A stretch of 64,000 nucleotides of DNA from Myxococcota bacterium (GTDB lineage: Bacteria; Myxococcota_A; SURF-8). A program made the position numbers and the translations under genes. Below are positions 59,288 to 64,000 of the stretch, in pieces; position 1 is the first letter of the stretch, and each line of letters opens with the position of its first letter. The stretch lies in contig CAXXQS010000001.1 in NCBI GenBank assembly GCA_963674735.2, positions 1,440,001 to 1,504,000 of the forward strand, in the 5' to 3' direction. The notes beneath the pieces are model-generated. The model made no database searches. It worked only from the letters and a program-made list of their open reading frames with translations, and was not told where the DNA came from.

Positions 59288-59552
59288 CCCCCGAAAACGT
59301 GCCCCGATTGGCGGCGGGTGGGAGGACCGGCGGGGCCCTGGCTTCCGGCACGACCCTTGCTCACCGATCTCCCGGCGCGGGGAGTCGCAGCGGGCCTGTC
59401 GCCACCGCTGAACGCCGCATCGCAAAACCGCGACACCCGTCCGCTGCGGCCGCCGTGCCGGGACGACCGGGCCAAAAAGCAAGGGGCGTGACGCTGCCGG
59501 GGCCGTGACGGTCCGGGGTGGGCGCAAGGGAATGCACACCCGTTTTCGGGGG
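59288..59552 (+). ncRNA. Candidate structured RNA or foldback element (long imperfect hairpin); family not assigned
   Basis: Seven nested, collinear stems found by eye, several with G-U pairs on the + strand (see findings). Confidence 0.4.
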
Positions 59553-59599
59553 CGTAGGCGAAGCCTCTTTCGTGTTGCACACAGGGGACGAAAGCCCCT

Positions 59600-59628
59600 T
59601 TGACGGACACACGCCGGGGTGGTATACA
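59600..59628 (+). promoter_or_regulatory. Sigma70-like promoter for the lipoprotein gene
   Basis: TTGACG, 17 nt, TATACA. Confidence 0.55.
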
Positions 59629-59695
59629 TGATCCCCGTAACACGGATTGCGACCGGCGCAGCCCGGTCGGCATTTAGCGGAAGGAAGTGGCAATC

Positions 59696-61063
59696 ATGAC
59701 TAAGCAAAATCAGCATCTCTCTCTTTGGCTCATCCTGCTTTTGATCCTCCCCCTTCTTCCGGCTTGCGGCGGAGATTCCGACGATAAGTCGGCCGACGGC
59801 GACGCACCCGTCTATCATCCCGACGGCGACACCCCCGATGGCGACAGCCCCGACGGCGACGATCCGGCCGATGGCGACACCCCCGACGGTGACAACCCGG
59901 CCGACGGCGACGATATCGAACCCTGTGAAGGCAATTGCAATTCCGCCGACTACACGAAATGCAGCGGCGACAACGTCTGTATTTGCGAATCGGGTAGCTG
60001 GAATCTCTACAACTGCTCCGACATCTGCGAAGGTCAGGGAAAATGTCCGGCCGGTTGCGGAGTGGCCGATTACGACTATCCTTACTGCATCTGCTCCGAT
60101 GACCAAAATCTCTGTGAAAACGACGACCCCGACGGCGACACCCCGGACGGCGACGACCCGCTGGAAAACTGCCCCGCCGATGACGACGTGTTCGATCCGA
60201 ACAATCCCGGCACCTCCATCGATTTCCTGATCGCCAGCATGGATGTCATGGGCCAGGCGACCACCATGGCCGTCGGCATTCTCACCCCGGCCGCGCGCGA
60301 ACAATTCGAAACCGCCGCCGCCAAAGCCGAACAGCCGCTCGACACCTGCCAATTCCTCAATGACACGGCATCGACCCCCAGCTGCCAATACGACACCGAT
60401 TGCGCCCCCGAGCAGGTCTGTCTACCGGAAACCAGCGACGGTCAGCCCATCGAAAATTCCGAGCGCTGCGTCACCGAAGTCGAGCCCGTCGATGTCGGTC
60501 CCTTCACCGTCTCCGGTTTCGTGGGCCAGCCCAAAACCTTCGCCTACAACGCCGGTCAATCGGGCGCGTACACGGAAGGCGGTCAGGGAGACGGCCAGAT
60601 CGACCCGGCCAGTATCGCCTTCGATACCGATTACGAACTCGACGGCACGGGCGACGCCGCCCAGGGACTCGGCGCTTATGCCGCCCGTTTCCATTCCCCG
60701 GCGCAGATCACCCTCACCTCGCCCCCGGTCACGATGGATCCACAGTGGCAGATCCCGGTCATCTCCGTCAATCCCGCCCAGGATCTCACCTTCACGTGGG
60801 ACGGCTCGGACAATCCGGACAACACCCTCACGCTCTCCCTCAGCGGCGGCAACGGCACGCTCAATTGCCGTCTGCGCGACGATGGCCAGCACGTCGTCTC
60901 ATCGGCGGATCTCACCGCCCTCGGCTTCAACGCCATGCTTTCGATGATGAATGCCGTAACCGTGCAATCCGACGCTTTTGCACCCATCTGCGGTTCCGGG
61001 GTGACCCGCGGGCAAGTCACCTTCCAGCAGATGATCATGCTGTTCGCGCAGGTCGCTCAATAA
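59696..61063 (+). CDS. Lipoprotein with DGD-repeat tether, Cys-rich module and C-terminal beta-rich domain
   Basis: Lipobox LPAC; PDGDTPDGDSPDGDDPADGD repeats; Cys-rich module; QDLTFTWDG...LNCRLRDDG. Confidence 0.82.
   Translation: MTKQNQHLSLWLILLLILPLLPACGGDSDDKSADGDAPVYHPDGDTPDGDSPDGDDPADGDTPDGDNPADGDDIEPCEGNCNSADYTKCSGDNVCICESGSWNLYNCSDICEGQGKCPAGCGVADYDYPYCICSDDQNLCENDDPDGDTPDGDDPLENCPADDDVFDPNNPGTSIDFLIASMDVMGQATTMAVGILTPAAREQFETAAAKAEQPLDTCQFLNDTASTPSCQYDTDCAPEQVCLPETSDGQPIENSERCVTEVEPVDVGPFTVSGFVGQPKTFAYNAGQSGAYTEGGQGDGQIDPASIAFDTDYELDGTGDAAQGLGAYAARFHSPAQITLTSPPVTMDPQWQIPVISVNPAQDLTFTWDGSDNPDNTLTLSLSGGNGTLNCRLRDDGQHVVSSADLTALGFNAMLSMMNAVTVQSDAFAPICGSGVTRGQVTFQQMIMLFAQVAQ
59795..59914 (+). 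repeat. Coding short tandem repeat (GAYGGYGAC core, Asp-Gly-Asp)
   Basis: Seven DGD-encoding units, mostly 15-18 nt apart; two more copies near 60131-60156. Confidence 0.8.
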
Positions 61064-61093
61064 CCGGATCGGCAGCGACACGGAGGCGAGCCC

Positions 61094-61336
61094 ATGGCTC
61101 AAAAAAATAAAGGCGCGAAGGTCGGCCCGATGGTGAAGATGGGGATTTTCACCATTGTGGCTTTACTCTTCTGGTTGCGCTACCACTATTGCTACCATCC
61201 CGTCCTCAATCGCGTCGGCCCCCATCCCGCTGCGCAAACCGAGACGGCCGCGCCCCCGCAACCGGACTCGCCAACGCCCGTTCCGGACCCGCAGCCAACG
61301 TCCGGAGAACGTCCCGCGCCGTCTCCGTCCCCATAG
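61094..61336 (+). CDS. Small membrane protein with Pro-rich tail
   Basis: GGAGG RBS; one TM helix; lies between the lipoprotein stop codon and a terminator. Confidence 0.55.
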   Translation: MAQKNKGAKVGPMVKMGIFTIVALLFWLRYHYCYHPVLNRVGPHPAAQTETAAPPQPDSPTPVPDPQPTSGERPAPSPSP

Positions 61337-61344
61337 ACACGGAC

Positions 61345-61373
61345 AAAAAAAGCCCCGTCACAGCGGGGCTTTT
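61345..61373. terminator. Bidirectional Rho-independent terminator
   Basis: AAAAAAA-GCCCCG-tcacag-CGGGGC-TTTT between convergent genes. Confidence 0.85.
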
Positions 61374-61397
61374 CAACGAGTCGTTTGAGTGAACCAT

Positions 61398-63137
61398 TCA
61401 GGGAGTGACTACCGCTTCCGGTGCGGGTTGGGCACTCTGTGCCGAGGTGGGTTGTGGCGCAACAACCGGTTTCACGGGTACCGTTTCCAAGCTCGGCGGC
61501 TGCGCGACAGGCGTTGCAGCGGCTGCGGCCGGAGTCGCCGCCGGTGGCACCGCCGCTTCGGGGGTTGAAACCGGCTCCTTTGCCGGAGCCTCCGCCGGAG
61601 TGGGAATGACAAGCGGGACCAGCGGAACGGACATTGGAACCACATTGGCCGCAATCATCTTCTCGATCTCTTTGAAACGGGGACCATAGCGAACGCCGTC
61701 GAACGCACGATGCTGCAAAAACGCGGGATCGTCGAAACCGAGTTCCGCCGCTTCCGCCAACCGATCCACACCGGCTCGCAACCGCCCCTGCGAACATAGA
61801 ATCGCGGCCAGCCGCACCCGTGGTTCGGGATGGTTGGGGATCAGATCGGCCGCACGCGTAAACGCTCGGGCGGCGTCATCATAGTAGCGCGGTCCCTGGT
61901 CGAAATAGGCGTACCCCAGATGCAACTGGGTACGCCCGTTGTCCGGCGCAAACTGCGCCGACAAGCCCAGTTCCGCAATCGCCGCTTCCAACAGACCGTT
62001 CTTATAATGCAAAATGCCCAGTTCCCGATGAGACACGGGTCGAACCGGATCGAGGGTGATCGACTGAATGAATGATTTCTGGGCGGCTTCATTGCGTTCC
62101 AAATAAACCTGCGCCAGCCCGAGTTTCTCGTAATGATCGCTCACAGCCGGTTCCAGATCCACCAGACGGGCATATTGATCGGCCGCCAGATCATAACGGT
62201 TGGTCGTCATGCCCAGATTTCCAAGAAGCACCGTCAAGCCGATGTGATCGGCCATCTTTTTTTGGGCGGCCAAGCCATGACGGATCGCCTCGGCCTTCTC
62301 CTCGCCCAGACTCAGAAGCTGCGCCATCAACGCATGCGCGCCGCCATGATCGGGCTTTGCCGCGAGAACCTGCTCCAGTTCGGCACGCGCGTCAACCAGA
62401 CGCCCCTGCATGAAAAGTGCGCCCGCCAATCCGAAATGAATTTCGATGTCATCCTGGATCGCCATGGCTTCTTTGAAACGCGCCTCGGCTCCTTTCGGGT
62501 CGCCCAGTTGCAGAAGCGTACCCCCCAGGCGCACCAATACCGGAACCGAGCGCGGGAAGATCGCCAGCGCTTTTTCATAAGCCTCACGGGCTTTTTCCAT
62601 CTCGCCGATACGAAAATAATGGTTGCCGATAAAGGCCTGCCCGTAATGTTTGTCGGGTTGAGCGGCCACGATGCGATCCAGCCAGCCCATCAGACGCGCG
62701 TCGCTATCGAGTTTGGGCCAGACGGCCGCCGACAGCACCGGGGCCGTATGATCGGCCGGATCAAACTCAATGGCGCGCACGAAAAAGTCGGCGGCATCGG
62801 CGTTCGCACCCAGATTCAAACGACAGCGCGCCGTGTCCAGAACCGCCTGCCATCGAAGCTCGGGGGCCGTTTCTCCGGCCAACGCTTTTTGCAGATGCGG
62901 TAGCGCTTCCAGCCATTGCTTTTTTTCCGTCAAAATACGGCCGATCCAGGCATGTGCTTCGGGATGATCCTCATATTCCAGGGATGCCGCATATTCCGTC
63001 CGGGCGAGATCATACTGGTTTTGACTGAACTGAACCGCCCCACGCTCGCGGTGTTTGGCGGCGTACTGCGAGGCACAGCTTGCAAGAAACAAAACCGCCA
63101 CGACAAAACAGACAAACAGGCTTGATCGACGCATCAC
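61398..63137 (-). CDS. TPR-repeat lipoprotein with Pro/Ala-rich C-terminal tail
   Basis: Lipobox LASC; many TPR helix pairs (e.g. AREAYEKALAIFP, AIAELGLSAQFAPDN). Confidence 0.88.
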   Translation of the reverse strand: MMRRSSLFVCFVVAVLFLASCASQYAAKHRERGAVQFSQNQYDLARTEYAASLEYEDHPEAHAWIGRILTEKKQWLEALPHLQKALAGETAPELRWQAVLDTARCRLNLGANADAADFFVRAIEFDPADHTAPVLSAAVWPKLDSDARLMGWLDRIVAAQPDKHYGQAFIGNHYFRIGEMEKAREAYEKALAIFPRSVPVLVRLGGTLLQLGDPKGAEARFKEAMAIQDDIEIHFGLAGALFMQGRLVDARAELEQVLAAKPDHGGAHALMAQLLSLGEEKAEAIRHGLAAQKKMADHIGLTVLLGNLGMTTNRYDLAADQYARLVDLEPAVSDHYEKLGLAQVYLERNEAAQKSFIQSITLDPVRPVSHRELGILHYKNGLLEAAIAELGLSAQFAPDNGRTQLHLGYAYFDQGPRYYDDAARAFTRAADLIPNHPEPRVRLAAILCSQGRLRAGVDRLAEAAELGFDDPAFLQHRAFDGVRYGPRFKEIEKMIAANVVPMSVPLVPLVIPTPAEAPAKEPVSTPEAAVPPAATPAAAAATPVAQPPSLETVPVKPVVAPQPTSAQSAQPAPEAVVTP

Positions 63138-63180
63138 TTACATCTCTTTCGGTAACGGACAGATATCACCAAAATCGGAA

Positions 63181-63999
63181 TCAGTCTTCCAACGGCACGG
63201 AGGCATGAACCCGATCCAAATACTCGCCGAGTTTCTGTGCCAGAAAGACTACGACACTGACTTCCCCAGCGCTCCAACGGTTGGAGCCGACCTTGTTGAC
63301 CAGTTCGATCGCGCCGTAGGTTCGATCGTTGAACTGCACGGGAACACACAGAATAGACCGCGTGTCGAATCCTGTTTTTTCTGCGACCCGGCGATAGAAA
63401 TTGGGGTTCTTATCCACATCGGAGACGGCTAAAGCACACCCGGCTTCGACCGAAAAGCCCACAATCCCCTTGCCGCGCGGAATACGAATGCTCGTGAGTT
63501 GATCCGCCACTCGGCCGACCGCTGCGGCAAAATACAAATCGCTGAGCGCCGAATTGATATCGGACAAAATAACGGAACCCGCTTCAGCCTTGATGGTGCG
63601 CAGCGCAAGATCGAGGATAAATTGGAAACCCTCGGTGCCGTCCATGGTCATGAGATCCATGGTGTCCATAAATAGATCGGCCAGAACATCATCCACACTG
63701 AACGTATCGACAGCCTCGGGAGACTCTCCCATCTGGGCCGCCACTTCGGCGGGTTTCATGTCATGGCGGGTAATGCTTATTTCGCGACTGTTGCCTTCGG
63801 CCGCCACAGCCGCCTTGCTCCGTGCCTCTTTTGCGCGTTTTTCCTTTTCACGCAATTCTTTCTCGGCTGTTGCGCGCGCCATCGCCGCCCGAGCCGCCCG
63901 ATGGGCGGCATCATCGCGCTGTCTCTGCTTTTCGGCCTCCTGCTCGCGCTTCATCTCTTCGGCACGTTCTTTGCGCGCATTCTCGGTGGCTTCTTGTTC
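63181..63999 (-). CDS. GAF-domain protein with N-terminal coiled coil; 5'-truncated by the window edge
   Basis: Frame open to the window end; LYFAAAVG, RIPRGKGIVG and TGFDTRSILCVPV...GAIELVNK GAF motifs. Confidence 0.85.
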   Translation of the reverse strand, partial: EQEATENARKERAEEMKREQEAEKQRQRDDAAHRAARAAMARATAEKELREKEKRAKEARSKAAVAAEGNSREISITRHDMKPAEVAAQMGESPEAVDTFSVDDVLADLFMDTMDLMTMDGTEGFQFILDLALRTIKAEAGSVILSDINSALSDLYFAAAVGRVADQLTSIRIPRGKGIVGFSVEAGCALAVSDVDKNPNFYRRVAEKTGFDTRSILCVPVQFNDRTYGAIELVNKVGSNRWSAGEVSVVVFLAQKLGEYLDRVHASVPLED

Positions 64000-64000
64000 A

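Noticed and set aside
59288-59552. Firm assignment as 6S RNA or SRP RNA
   Set aside because: It lacks the SRP helix-8 CAGG...GGAA...AGCA motif, is longer than typical 6S RNA and lacks the usual zapA/ygfA context, so it is left unassigned.

Overview
Gene-dense chromosomal window from a Gram-negative bacterium. Myxobacterial-type Ser/Thr kinases, Cys-rich and Asp-Gly-Asp-rich lipoproteins and the TolC-MlaC pair suggest a Myxococcota/deltaproteobacterial lineage (inference). About 42 CDS are supported; the first and last are cut by the window edges. Recognisable genes: typA, hflK-hflC, thyX, trpB2, terC/alx, yaiI, an acyl-CoA dehydrogenase, two RND efflux modules, a 5-PAS histidine kinase, a GlmL-family ATPase with a partner gene, and a GT-C/MBOAT/arylsulfotransferase block. 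No rRNA, tRNA, CRISPR array, transposase, integrase or reverse transcriptase was seen. Main findings: (1) a 1247-aa fusion of a 2x[4Fe-4S] ferredoxin, a NodU/CmcH carbamoyltransferase and a radical SAM domain; (2) an unannotated Trp attenuator (28-aa Trp-Trp-Trp leader peptide, antiterminator, terminator, apparently leaderless) in front of a stand-alone trpB2; (3) a ~265-nt rod-like hairpin with G-U pairs between two divergent promoters, a candidate ncRNA; (4) a GlmL-like ATPase module with no glutamate mutase nearby; (5) a shared DGD acidic tether in three unrelated lipoproteins; (6) an ~825-bp AT-rich gap between convergent genes with iterated motifs and a perfect palindrome. All family calls come from reading motifs by eye; no database searches were run.
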